A program made the translations under genes and the position numbers. The notes under the pieces were generated by a model that had not been told where the DNA came from, did not search any database, and saw only the letters and a list, made by a program, of their open reading frames with translations. DNA of 64,000 nt from Cetorhinus maximus (taxonomy: Eukaryota), in the NCBI RefSeq assembly GCF_964194155.1, contig NC_135901.1, positions 20,584,001 through 20,648,000 on the forward strand, in the 5' to 3' direction. How positions within the stretch are numbered: position 1 is the stretch's first letter; every line of letters begins with the position of its first letter. This document shows, piece by piece, positions 24,896 through 36,628 of the stretch.

Positions 24896-25134
24896 TCATC
24901 ATTACTGCAGATTATTTCAGTCATCATACCTTCGGTTACACTCATGGACGAGTGGAAGATTTTACTCTGGGAGTCACAGATTACCCAAAAAGTGGGTCGA
25001 AGTCCTAGGTGATCTTAAAGCATTTTATTAAGAAGCGACAGTTTAGATGTGATACATCAGTTAAATAGGCAGAAAGAACATACAACCCATAACAGAATGG
25101 TTTACTGGTCCCGGTGTGGACAAATGGATGGGGA

Positions 25135-25388
25135 GATGTAGTGGGGGGAACCTGATCTCCATGGTTGGAGGTGGCAGTCTCCTCGGAATGGTTTACTGGT
25201 CCCGGATCAGGGGGATGCTGATCTCCGTGGCTGGAGGTGATAGTCTCCTCGGAATGGTTTACTGGTCCTGGATCAGGGGGATGCTGATCTCCGTGGCTGG
25301 AGGTGGCAGACTCCTCGGAATGGTTTACTGGTCCTGGATCAGGGGGATGCTGATCTCCGTGGCTGGAGGTTGCAGTCTCCTCAGAATT
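25135..25388. repeat. Tandem repeat (about 66 bp, about 4 copies) inside the LTR
   Basis: Unit aatggtttactggtcctggatcagggggatgctgatctccgtggctggaggtggcagtctcctcgg. Confidence 0.92.
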
Positions 25389-27601
25389 TTTTCAAACGTT
25401 ACAAATCACACCTGCACACTCACATCGGTATGCTAGTATCATGCCACGTATGCTCCATCTGATACAAACCACTCTTGAACTTTCAGGTGATCTTATTGAA
25501 AGATCAAATGGGGCATCTGACTGAAGATCTTTGCTTATGGTTCTGATGCCTTGGGTAGTGGCCAGACTATCAAATGCAGTTTTCTTAGGAGTTCAGAGGC
25601 AAGGATACAAACAAAGAAAGCTATCAATTTACTCATCCCATCGAAACTTCTCTGAGTTTCACTAGAATGTTCATGGCTACCAGATTGATCTATTCTATTG
25701 AAGTATACCCAAGGTAGGGAGAGGGGCTTATTCCAATTCCCATTTGATAGCTTTTATTCTTAGTGTGGCATCGCATTAATTACCATTCCATCTCATTCAT
25801 GAGCCATGGAGGAACTTTGCCATCCAGTTTAATATTCTCATAATATGGTGTCATTGGATCAGAGAAAGAAGTCTAGGTACTTGCAATCAGTTTGGAGATA
25901 ACTCCCATTCTCAAGTACTTTGTCTTTAAAGATAACAAATGGGATAAAGCCAAATTTTTAGTTCAAAACATCACGTCATTGGAAAGGGTTAATTTTTCTG
26001 CATGTTTGCAAAAGCACAGAGCAAACATTCTCAAATGTGTACAATTGTGGAAACGTTACATAACTTCTTCAGATCAAAGATAAATGAAACTACCATTTTA
26101 AACTTGTTTTTCTAATCTTTTTTTTTATCTTTGCCCAAATTTTATTCTTTTGTTTGATTCTCTCTTCAAGTATTTTTCCAAATGACTGTTAAAACTGAGG
26201 AAAAATAAAATTTAAAAAGTTAGCTTTTACTGTTAAACGAAAGATTCAACCTTCTTAGACCAACAAGAGTTAGAGGAGGTGGAGCTTCCCACTGGTTATG
26301 TTTCAACTCTGAAACATAACTTGAAACCTAAAGTGTTTCTTCCATGAAGCAAACCTTTCAATGCCTTTTACAATTGTACAAGTGCATTGTAATTTGTACT
26401 TAAAGATTTACTTTCACTTAGTAATTATAACGTTTCACTTCTCTCAGCACCTAAGTTGGTGGCATTTTCGCTTAAATGCCAATTGGTTCCAAATTTTTGA
26501 GCTTCTTCCTTGAAAGAATTTTTGAATCTTTGAGATTTGCGAGCAACGCCCTGCATTAACAATGACTGAACGGTGTTTCGAATGTATGGTATACTCCCAG
26601 CAGGGTAAGGACACTTCTTCATGAGAGGATGTATCAGTCTGCTAATATCTTCCGGTTTGGTCATGTCTCCACAACCATGTGAATGCACCTGGCACAGATT
26701 CAAGAACTGCCTGGACCTCAGGATCATCAGAGGTGACGGGTTCGTACTCCTCTGCAAAGTCTGATAAAACTTGGGGCACACCTTTCATGGGGTCGGGGGG
26801 AAGATAGTGGATTATTGATGGCCTTCATTATCAATAGTGCAGAATACCGGTCTCCCACTATTGTTTCAGAGAGGGGAAACAACTCTGTGGGTGCCCTGCT
26901 GAAGTCACTGGGAGTCTGGAGATATGTGCCTGGGGTACCTGATACACTGTGACAGCCAGCAAAACTCTGTTACTAATTCACCTAGTCTCTATCGCTGCCT
27001 CCATTCTTTCCAGCCACTGATCAACAGGATCAGGGCTCACCTGTGCAGGGGGATGGGGAAAGCAGGACTCACGGTTACTGTCAGTCTCCACACTGCACCT
27101 ATCGTGACGGTGACAGGCATGGTGGCCCAGGCGGTTACAATTAGGACAGTGCACTGGGTCATCCCTTCCTGGCATGAAGTTCCTGGATGGTCCAGATTTC
27201 TGGCCAGGCAAGGGTCTTCCTCTTCGTGGGTGCTAGTGGAGTTATCACGGGTCTGTTCGTGGACCTATGGGAATGTTGAAACAACTTGTCCCAGGTCATT
27301 GCCATAGTGTCATAAACATCCCACATGCTACAGACTCATGGCTGGAGACCTTTCAGAAAGAGACCCTTGAAGCTGAAGGAGTGAGAACAGTTTACTGTCC
27401 CAGAGAACAAACAGATGGATGATGCAGAATAAGTGCTGGGCTCCGTTGCTGATGGCAGTGGTCTCTTCTGAACAGTTTGCTGGTGTGAGCCAAAGTGTGG
27501 GTGTTGTACTGGAGCCAATATGGATCAGTTTGGAATTTTCTTCCTGGTCAAAGAGATTTTTTTTTCCTCTCAAGAGCCTGTGTTAACCTTTACACAGTCA
27601 T

Positions 27602-27938
27602 TGGGGAGGTGGTGGAGTACTGGTATTGTCACTGGACTGGTATTGCAGAGAGTCAGATTAATGCTCTGGGGACCTGGGTTTGAATCCCACCATGGCAGAT
27701 GGTGAAATTTGAATTCATAAAAAAACTGATGCCCATGAAATCATTGTCATAAAAAACCCATCTAGTTCACTAATGTCCTTTTGGGAAGGAAATCTGCTGT
27801 CCTTACCTGGTCTGGTCTACATGTGACTCCAGACCCACAGTGATGTGGTTGATTCTTAAAATGCCCTCTGAACAAGGGCAATAAATGCTGGCTGAGCCAG
27901 CGATGTCTCCATCCTATGAATGAATTGAATTTAAAAAA
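27602..27938 (+). mobile_element. tRNA-derived SINE nested in the LTR
   Basis: A and B boxes, family core and tail. Confidence 0.9.
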
Positions 27939-28669
27939 CCACAGACAGCTGCTTTACATCTGGGTCATGGGATCCAGTTGTATCAGGGTTAGAAATGTCT
28001 TGCTTTAGGGCCTGTGCTAGAGACATGTCCTTAGACAACAGCCCTATCCATGCTTGTCAGCACCAAGCTGCTATGGAGTCTTTCTTCATAAGAAAGAGAG
28101 TTATTTCTACAATATTCAACAACTTACTTAAGATTTCTTACGGTTAATAGATGGTGATTTCCTACAGCCCGTGACATGGATTGGACTTGTCTCCATTCCC
28201 ACTCGAGGGATTTCTGTACCAGACTGGAGGGGTAATATTTGGGGACTCTCAATTCTCCACCAATTCCCATTCCCCTTCTTTCTGGTGGATAATGGAGTTG
28301 TCACTGTGTAATATGTATGTCAGTAAGAATTGTCAGCAAGGATTAATCAGCACTTTCTAATTGGAGATGTTAATCAGTGAAACCTTTCAGTCACTGTATT
28401 GTAGAGTTCGTACCAAAAATCAATTTAGGATTGAAGTAAAAGTTCATAATATTGTTCTGAACTAACTACTGATGCAAGTTCCTGAACTACAGGGAAGGTC
28501 ACAGACAGCAGTTCTTAAAAATTGCAGCCCCTAGAACACAATTAGCTACAGTTACAAATATTAAGCTCAAGCCCAGTTTCCGGGGGTATTAACATCAGCA
28601 GAACCAAAGCTGAACTGTCAGAATGATTCAGTCCTGGATGTGATTAACAGAATAATCCAGTCTCTGCAG

Positions 28670-29785
28670 TCACTTGTGAACTCGCTGGTGTGCCAAAAGG
28701 TTGGATGAATTAATGAATCCCTTCCCACACTTGGAGCAGGTGAACGGCCTCTCCCCAGTGTGAACTCGCTGGTGTGTCAGTAGGTTGGATGAATTAATGA
28801 ATCCCTTCCCACACTTGGAGCAGGTGAACAGCCTCTCCCCAGTGTGAACTCGTCGGTGTGCAATGAGGTGTGATGAACTCCTGAACCTCTTTCCGCAGTA
28901 AGTGCTGCTGAACGGTCTCTCCTCAGTGTGAGTTCGTTGATGTGACAGGAGGCAGGATGAATCAGTAAATCCTTTTCCACACATGGAGCAGATGAACGGT
29001 CTCTCCCCAGTGTGAACTCGCTGGTGTATCAGCAGGTGGGATGACCGTGTGAATCCCTCCCTACACACAGTGCAGGGGAATGGCCCCTCCCCAGTGTGAA
29101 TTCGCTGGTGTGTCAGCAGGTTGGATGACTTAGTGAATCTCTTCCCACACACAGAGCAGGTGAACGGCCTTTCCCCTGTGTGAACTCACTGGTGTGTAAT
29201 GAGTGCCTGACTGCCTGAAGCGCTTTCCACAGAAAGTGCAGCTGAATGGCTTCTCCTGAGTGTTAATTAGTTGGTGTGACTGGAGACAGGATAATTCTGT
29301 GAATCCCTTCCTGCACACAGAGCAGGTGAATGGTTTCTCCCCTGTGTGACTGCGTCGATGAGTTTCTAGCGTGGATGGGCATTTGAATCCCTTTCCACAG
29401 TCCCCACATTTCCACGGTTTCCCCATTGTGCCGGTGTCCTTGTGTTTCTCGAGGCTGGATGATCAGTTGAAGTCTCATCCGCACAAAGAACACGTTTATG
29501 GTTTCTCCCCACTACAAACAATGTGACGCTTTCTCAGGCTGTGTAACCGGTTAAAGATCTTTCCACAGTCAGTGTACTGGAACACTCTCACTCGGGTGTG
29601 TGTGTCTGGCTGCTTTTCTAGTCACACAAATGTTTGAAATCTTCCCTCCAGACTGAAGAGACAAACATTTATCCTTCCACATTCGAAGGCCGATGATGCT
29701 CAGGTTCAAATGAATTGAGTGACTGTCAGATCTTGATGTGATGTTTGGTTCGAGTTTCCCATCTGCAAACCCTCATCTAACCTGT
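28670..29785 (-). pseudogene. ZNF-4: C2H2 finger-array exon, frameshift near 29200
   Basis: ORFs 29130-29426 (MGKPWKC..) and 28670-29152. The last two fingers are a near-exact 84-bp duplication. Acceptor tccttttacag near 29782. Confidence 0.88.
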
Positions 29786-30214
29786 AAAAGGAGTTTGCAA
29801 AAGTCATCACTGTCAGTCCAGGACAGAAATTCAGAAAAAACAATTCTATTTTTGATGGAACATTTTTTCCTCTCTTGTTCCCCCAAAGCTGTAAATTCCC
29901 GTCCCACACACTCTCCCTCCTCCCAGGGCTGAAATCCAAACCCATCTCACCATTTGTTTCCTCCACTCCCATTTCTCCCTCTCTCTCCTCTGCCTGGGTT
30001 CAGTTCTCCAGCTCCTGTCTGCAGACTGACAATAAAATCAATGAGTCTTATTGGGGGTTTGGGGCCTCCAGCGGGTGTTTCTGAATCCTCCCCGCCCACC
30101 TCCCAGGGTTTCCTTCCTTCCCACAGATCAGATCCTCATCGATTTGAGCCCAAAGTGTAACCTCTTATTTATTGTCCCCCCTCCCCCATCCTCTGATGTG
30201 AACCATCCTCCACT

Positions 30215-30700
30215 CGCTGACCCAGGATGGCGGCCGTTAACCTGGGCCTGTTCCCGGGAGGGAGAAGCCCCGCAGCTGCAAACCAGGAGCTGACAATTAT
30301 TCCTCAGGGTTTGCGGATCCACAAAGTGTTTCCAAATCCTCCCCGTCCAGCCGCCGGCTCCATCGCTCCCTCCCCCCGGGCCTGTCACCGCGGGGTAAAC
30401 ACGGGGCCTGGGGCCTACCCCAGAAGTTGATCCAGTTCCCAATCCAGCCACGGTTTCCATTCCTACCCTGTGCTCACAATCTCCTCCCGCCTCCCGAACC
30501 GTCCGCTCCTCCTCACTCTGTCACCATGACTGACACTGAGCATGCTCAGAACGCACACCCACACTGCACCTGCGCACTGGGAACGGGTTCAACGGCCTCT
30601 GCCATCTTGGGAGAGGAAGGCGGGTCTTGTTCAGGGAGCAGAGCGCATGGGTGGCCATCTTGGTGAGGGAATGGGGACTGAGGGCGGGGCTTCCTCCATG
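30215..30700. promoter_or_regulatory. CpG island, ZNF-4 promoter/first exon
   Basis: GATGGCGGCC, two GCCATCTTGG, ctgagcatgctcag, tgcacctgcgca and a GC box. Confidence 0.75.
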
Positions 30701-31109
30701 GTCATGTTGGGGTTTATTTAAATCTAACAGCTTTTCTTTACATAAAAGAACCCAGGAATTTTGGTGAAAAGCAGAAAAATCCCAGCTATCACCATGGCTT
30801 TGTCATTCTCTCACTCACCGGCAAGGCCATATCTCTTTGCTTCCTTGTGTCCCTCACATTCCCTGTCCTTTTGTATCCACTCAGAAAAACTCTACCTAAG
30901 TCACTTACAGCAACTCTTTCAAACTCACAATGGTCTCGCCATTGGCCATCTATTTGTCACAATACTTCTACAACTGGTGATCTGCTCAAGTCACTCCCAC
31001 AACCTCTGATGCCTTTGCCCTCAGTTAAACCCAAACTCTCTCCTACCCCTTATCACTCTCCCATCTTTTCTTCTTCAAGTCCAAGGAACACAGAACATAC
31101 AACCAAAAC

Positions 31110-32728
31110 ACTGTGGATGCTGGAAATCTGAAATAAAAACAGAAAATGCTGGAAAAACTCAACAGGTCTGACGGCATCTTTTTTTAAAATTCATTCATGG
31201 GATGTGAGCTTCGCTGGCTGGGCCAGCATTTATTGCCCATCCCTAGTTGCCCTTGAGATGGTGCTGGTCGGCTGCCTCCTTGAACCACTGCAGTCCATCT
31301 GGTATAGGTACACCCACATTGTTGTTAGGAAGGGAGATCCAGGATTTTGACCCAGCAACAGTGAAGGAATGATATATTTCCAAGTCATGATGGTGAGTGA
31401 CTTGGAGGGGAGCATCCAGGTGGTGGTGTTCTTATCTATCTGCTGCCCTTTGTTCTTCCAGATGGTCGTGGTATAGGGTTTGGAAGGTGCTCTCTAAGGA
31501 GCCTTGGTGAGTTCCTGCAGTGCATCTTGTAGATGGTACACACTGCTGCTACTGTGCATCTCTGCTGAAAGGAGTAAATGTTTGTGGATGTGGAGCCAAT
31601 CAAGCAGGCCACTTTGTCCTGGATGGTGTCAAGCTTCTTGAGTGTTGTGGGAGCTGCACTCATCCAGGCAAGTGGGGAGTATTCCATCACGCTCTTGACT
31701 TGTGCCTTTAGATGGTGGACAGGCTTTGGGGAGTCTGGAGGTGGGTTACTCATCGCACGATTTCTAGCCTCTGACCTGCTCTTGCCACCACGGTATTTAT
31801 ATGGTTAGTCCAGTTCAGTTCATGGTCAATGGTCACCCCTAAGGTGTTGATAGCGGGGGATTCAGTTATGGTAATGCCATTGAACATCAAGGGGCGACGG
31901 TTGGATTCTCTCTTGTTGGAGATAGTCATTGCCTGGCATTTGTGTGGCACGAATGTTACTTGCCACTTGTCAGCCCAAGCCTGGATATTGTCCAGGTCTT
32001 GCTGCATTTGGACATGGACTGCTTCAGTATCTGAGAAGTTGCGAATGGTGCTAAACATTATGCAATCATCAGCGAACATCTCCAATTCTGACCTTATGAT
32101 GGAAGGTAGGTCATTGATGAAGCAGCTGAAGATGGTTGGGCTGAGGACGCTCCACCGAGGAACTCCTGCGGTGATGTCCTGGAGCTGAATGACTGACCTC
32201 CAACAAGCACAGCCATCTTCCTTTGTGCTAGGTGTGACTCCAACCGGTGAAGAATTTTCCCCCGATTCCCATTGACTCCAGTTTTTCTCGGGCTCCTTGA
32301 TGCCACACTCTGTCAAATACTGCCTTGATGTCAAGGTCAGTCATGCTCACCTCACTTCTGGAGTTCAGCTCTTTTGTCCATGTATGAACCCAGGCTGTAA
32401 TGAGGTCAGGAGCTGAGTGGCCCTGGCGGAACCCAAACTGAGTGTCAGTGAGCAGGTTATTGCTAAGCAAGTGCTGCTTGATAGCACTGTTGATAACCCC
32501 TTCCATTACTTTACTGATGATCGAGAGTTGACTGATGGGCTGGTAATTGGCCCGGTTGGATTTGACCTGCTTTTTGTGTACAGGACATACCTGGGCAATT
32601 TTCCACATAGCTGGGTAGATGCCAGTGTTGTAGCTGTACTGGAGCAGCTTGGCTAGGGGCATGGCAAGTTTTGTGGAGAGAGAAACAGAGTTCAAGATTT
32701 GAGTCAGTATGACTCTTCTTCAGAGCTC
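31110..32728 (-). mobile_element. Short PLE-tail element split in two (31110-31178 and 32673-32728), degenerate hammerhead at 32688-32728
   Basis: Removing 31179-32672 rejoins ...ggtctgacggcatct|gtggagagagaaacagagtt..., as in the intact copies. Confidence 0.8.
31178..32672 (-). mobile_element. CR1-group LINE (RT and 3' tail); probable partner of the tRNA SINE
   Basis: WKIAQVCPVHKK, QFGFRQGHS, DIKAVFDRVWH, GVPRWSVLSP, MFADD. Tail gggcaataaatgctggcc..cccatgaatgaat is shared with the SINEs. Confidence 0.9.
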
Positions 32729-32735
32729 AATCCCT

Positions 32736-34384
32736 CATCACGACTGTGTTGCCCTTTACCCCGACCATCCCCAAGTCCCACTCACGCATCACAACTGTGC
32801 TGCCCTTTACCCCGACCATCCCCAAGTCCCACTCACGCATCACGACTGTGCTGCCCTTTACCCCGAAAGTCCCCAAGTCCCACTCATGCATCATGACTGT
32901 GCTGCCCTTTGCCCCGACCATCCCCAAGTCCCACTCACGCATCACGACTGTGCTGCCCTTTACCCCGACCATCCCCAAGTCCCACTCACGCATCACGACT
33001 ATGCTGCCCTTTACCCCGACCATCCCCAAGTCCCACTCACGCATCACGACTGTGCTGCCCTTTACCCTGACCATCCCCAAGTCCCACTCACGCATCACGA
33101 CTGTGCTGCCCTTTACCCCGACCGTCCCCAAGTCCCACTCACGCATCACGACTGTGCTGCCCTTTCCCCCGAACGTCCCCAAGTCCCACTCAAGCATCAC
33201 GACTGTGCTGCCCTTTACCCCGATCGTCCCCAAGTCCCAATCATGCATCAAGACTGTGCTGCCCTTTACCCCGACCGTCCCCAAGTCCCACTCACGCATC
33301 ACGACCGTGCTGCCCTTTACCCCGAACGTCCCCAAGTCCCACTCACGCATCACGACCGTGCTGCCCTTTACCCCGAACGTCCCCAAGTCCCACTCACGCA
33401 TCACGACCGTGCTGCCCTTTACCCCGAACGTCCCCAAGTCCCACTCACGCATCACGACCGTGCTGCCCTTTACCCCGAACGTCCCCAAGTCCCACTCACG
33501 CATCACGACCGTGCTGCCCTTTACCCCGAACGTCCCCAAGTCCCACTCACGCATCACGACCGTGCTGCCCTTTACCCCGAACGTCCCCAAGTCCCACTCA
33601 CGCATCACGACCGTGCTGCCCTTTACCCCGAACGTCCCCAAGTCCCACTCACGCATCACGACCGTGCTGCCCTTTACCCCGAACGTCCCCAAGTCCCACT
33701 CACGCATCACGACCGTGCTGCCCTTTACCCCGAACGTCCCCAAGTCCCACTCACGCATCACGACCGTGCTGCCCTTTACCCCGAACGTCCCCAAGTCCCA
33801 CTCACGCATCACGACTGTGCTGCCCTTTACCCCGAACGTCCCCAAGTCCCATTCAAGCATCACGACTGTGCTGACCTTTACCCCGACCGTCCCCAAGTCC
33901 CACTCACGCGTCACGACTGTGCTGCCCTTTACCCCGACCGTCCCCAAGTCCCACTCACGCGTCACGACCGTGCTGCCCTTTACCCCGAACGTCCCCAAGT
34001 CCCACTCACGCGTCACGACTGTGCTGCCCTTTACCCCGAACGTCCCCAAGTCCCACTCACGCGTCACGACTGTGCTGCCCTTTACCCCGACCGTCCCCAA
34101 GTCCCACTCACGCGTCACGACTGTGCTGCCCTTTACCCCGACCGTCCCCAAGTCCCACTCAAGCATCAAGACTGTGCTGCCCTGTGCCCCGACCGTCCCC
34201 CAAGTCCCACTCCCCCATCACGACTGTGCTGTCCTTTACCCCGACCATCCCCAAGTCCCACTCACGCATCACGACTGTGCTGCCCTTTACGCCGAACATC
34301 CCCAAGTCCCACTCACGCATCAAGACTGTGCTGCCCTTTACCCCGACCGTCCCCAAGTCCCACTCCCCCAACATGACTGTGCTC
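32736..34384. repeat. 51-bp minisatellite, about 32 copies
   Basis: Unit catcacgactgtgctgccctttaccccgaccatccccaagtcccactcacg, with about 10 identical units in the centre. Confidence 0.98.
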
Positions 34385-34815
34385 ACTGACCTACAAAGGC
34401 TCCAGCTCCACCAATGCCTCCATTTTCAAATTCTAATCTCCTGTTCAAATCCCTTCAGTTCCACACCCCCTGCCGATGTCTGTAACATTCTCCAACCGTA
34501 CAACCCTCAGAGAGCTCTGTATCCCGCCATCTCAGGCCTCTTACACATCCCTCACTCTCTCTGTCCCATTGGCCATGCCTTCAGTCATCGGCCTTAACCC
34601 TGGACTTCCTTCCCTATCCCTCTCTGCCGGTCCACAGCTCTACCCCTTTAAGAGCCTCTTAAACATATATATCTTTTACTAAGCCTTTAGTTAGCCCTCT
34701 TAATGTCCTCTTCTTTGGCTCAGTGTCAGGTTTTGTCTGATTTGTCAGTTTATGCTTCTGAGATTCACCATGAGACATCACACCCTAAAGGTGTGATGTA
34801 AAGGAAAGTTATTTT
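34360..34815 (+). mobile_element. L2 LINE 3' end
   Basis: VLTDLQRLQLHQCLHFQIL..CNILQPYNPQRAL..SGLLHIP..IGHAFS matches the L2 ORF2 end (VL..LHWLP...R..FKIL...P.R.LRS...G.RAFS). Confidence 0.82.
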
Positions 34816-35252
34816 TCAATCACATTGTGACAGACTGGGGAAGCCAGGGTTAAAATAACATCTGAGGAAATGGAGTGAGGTCACAGATCAGCCATGACCT
34901 CAAGGAATGAGCGAACAGGCTCGAGCGAGTAAATGACCTTCTCCTGTCCCTAATAAACTTGGACTCAAACACCAGCTGATAAATGGAAAGTCATGGGAGA
35001 ACTGGGGAGAAGACACTTCAGCAGAAACCAGCACTGGAGCAGAGTTAGAGAGGGGGAGAAGTCTAGGCAGAAACTACACAGGAACTGGAGTAGGTCATTC
35101 AGTCCTTCAAGCCTGCTCTGTCATTCAATTAGACTCTGGCTAATCAATTGGTTTCTCATGAAGATTTATTTGATTTATATCCAGAATATTAAGCTACAGC
35201 CCAGTTATAAGGGAAATTAACATCAGCAGAAACAAACCCCAACTGTCAGAAT

Positions 35253-36559
35253 ACGAACATACGAATTAGGAGTAGGATTAGGCCATTCAGCCCCTTGAAC
35301 TTGCTCCACCATTCAACAGGATCATGACTGATCTGAATGTGCCCTCAAGTCCACTTCCCTGCCTACCCCTGATAATCTTTGAATGCCTTGTCAATCAAGA
35401 ATCTATCAAACTCAGCTTTAAAAATATTCAATGACCCTGCCTCCACCACTCTCTGGGGAAGAGAGTTTCACAGACTTACGACCCTCTGAGAGAAAAAGAA
35501 TTCTTCTTATCTCCACCTTAAATGAGAGACCTCTTATTTTTAAACTGTGCGCTAGTTCTAGCCTCTCCACAATCAACATCCACCCTGTCAATTCCGCTCA
35601 GGATTTTATGTTTCAATAAGATCACCTCTCATTCTTCTCAATTCCAGTGGATACTGGCCCAACCTGTCCAACCTTTCCTCATAACATAATCCCCTCCCAT
35701 CCCCAGAATCAGTTGAGTGAACCTTCTCTGAACTGCTTCAAATGCAATTGTACCCTTTCTTTAATAAGGAGAGCAAAACTGTACACAGTATTCTAGATGT
35801 GGCCTCATGAAAACCCTGTAGCAAAACATGCCTGAGCAATAAATGACAATATTCCATTTGCCTTCCTAATCACTTACTGTACCTGCATACTAACCTTTCC
35901 TGATTCATGTACCAGGACACCCAGATCCCTCTGTACCTTTCAATTCTGTAATTTCTCCCCATTTCAATAATATACTGCTTTTTTATTCCTCCTCCAAAGT
36001 GGACAAGTTCATTTTTTCCCACATTATACTCCATCTGCCAAATCTTTTTCCCATTCACTTAACCTGTCTATATCCCTTTGCAGACTCCTTATGGTGATTA
36101 ACAACTTACTTTCCAACCTATCTTTGCATCATCAGCAAATTTAACAACTATACATTTGATCCTGTCATTCAAGTCATTAATATAAATTGTAAATGGTTGA
36201 GGCCCCGATGCTGATTTTTGTGGCACACCACAGGTGACATCTTGTCAACTCAAAAATGACCCACTTATCCCTTCTCTCTGTTTCCTGTTAGCCAACCAAT
36301 CTCTATCCAAGCTAATATATTATCCCAACATGATGAGCTCTTATTTTGCATAGTAACGTTTGATATGGTACCTTGTCAATTGCCTTCTGGAAATCTAAAT
36401 ACACCACATCCACAGGTTCTCCTTTATCTACACTGCTTGTTACTTCCTCAAAGACCTCCAATAAATTAGTCAAACATGATTTCCTTTGCACAAAACCATG
36501 TTGACCCTGCCTGATTGCATTGAGATTATCTAATTGCCCCACTCCAGCCTCCTTAACAA
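35253..36559 (-). mobile_element. CR1 LINE in the 3' block of ZNF-5
   Basis: QHGFVQRKSCLTNLLE, VYLDFQKAIDKVP; tail tacgaacatacgaattaggag; cagaat at both ends. Confidence 0.9.
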
Positions 36560-36628
36560 CAGAATTCTCTTGGTTCAATCCTGGATGTGATGAACAGCAG
36601 CAATAACAGCAGAATTTCACACTTGCAG

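Larger units (their letters stand above)
24953..28166 (-). mobile_element. Internally deleted LTR element: LTR 5' part, gag/pro-like and unassigned internal DNA, LTR 3' part
   Basis: Both ends match the solo LTR at 11522-12234. ORF 26978-27211 has a degenerate zinc knuckle CPNCNRLGHHACHR, followed by a protease-start-like SGRPVFCTI near 26860. Confidence 0.72.

Noticed and set aside
27602-27700. tRNA genes here and at 10833, 53362, 56760 and 63168
   Set aside because: A/B boxes are SINE heads continuing into SINE bodies; no intact cloverleaf.
32709-34389. Three long ORFs (555, 547, 480 aa) as repeat proteins
   Set aside because: By-product of a stop-free 51-bp (17-codon) minisatellite open in several frames on both strands.
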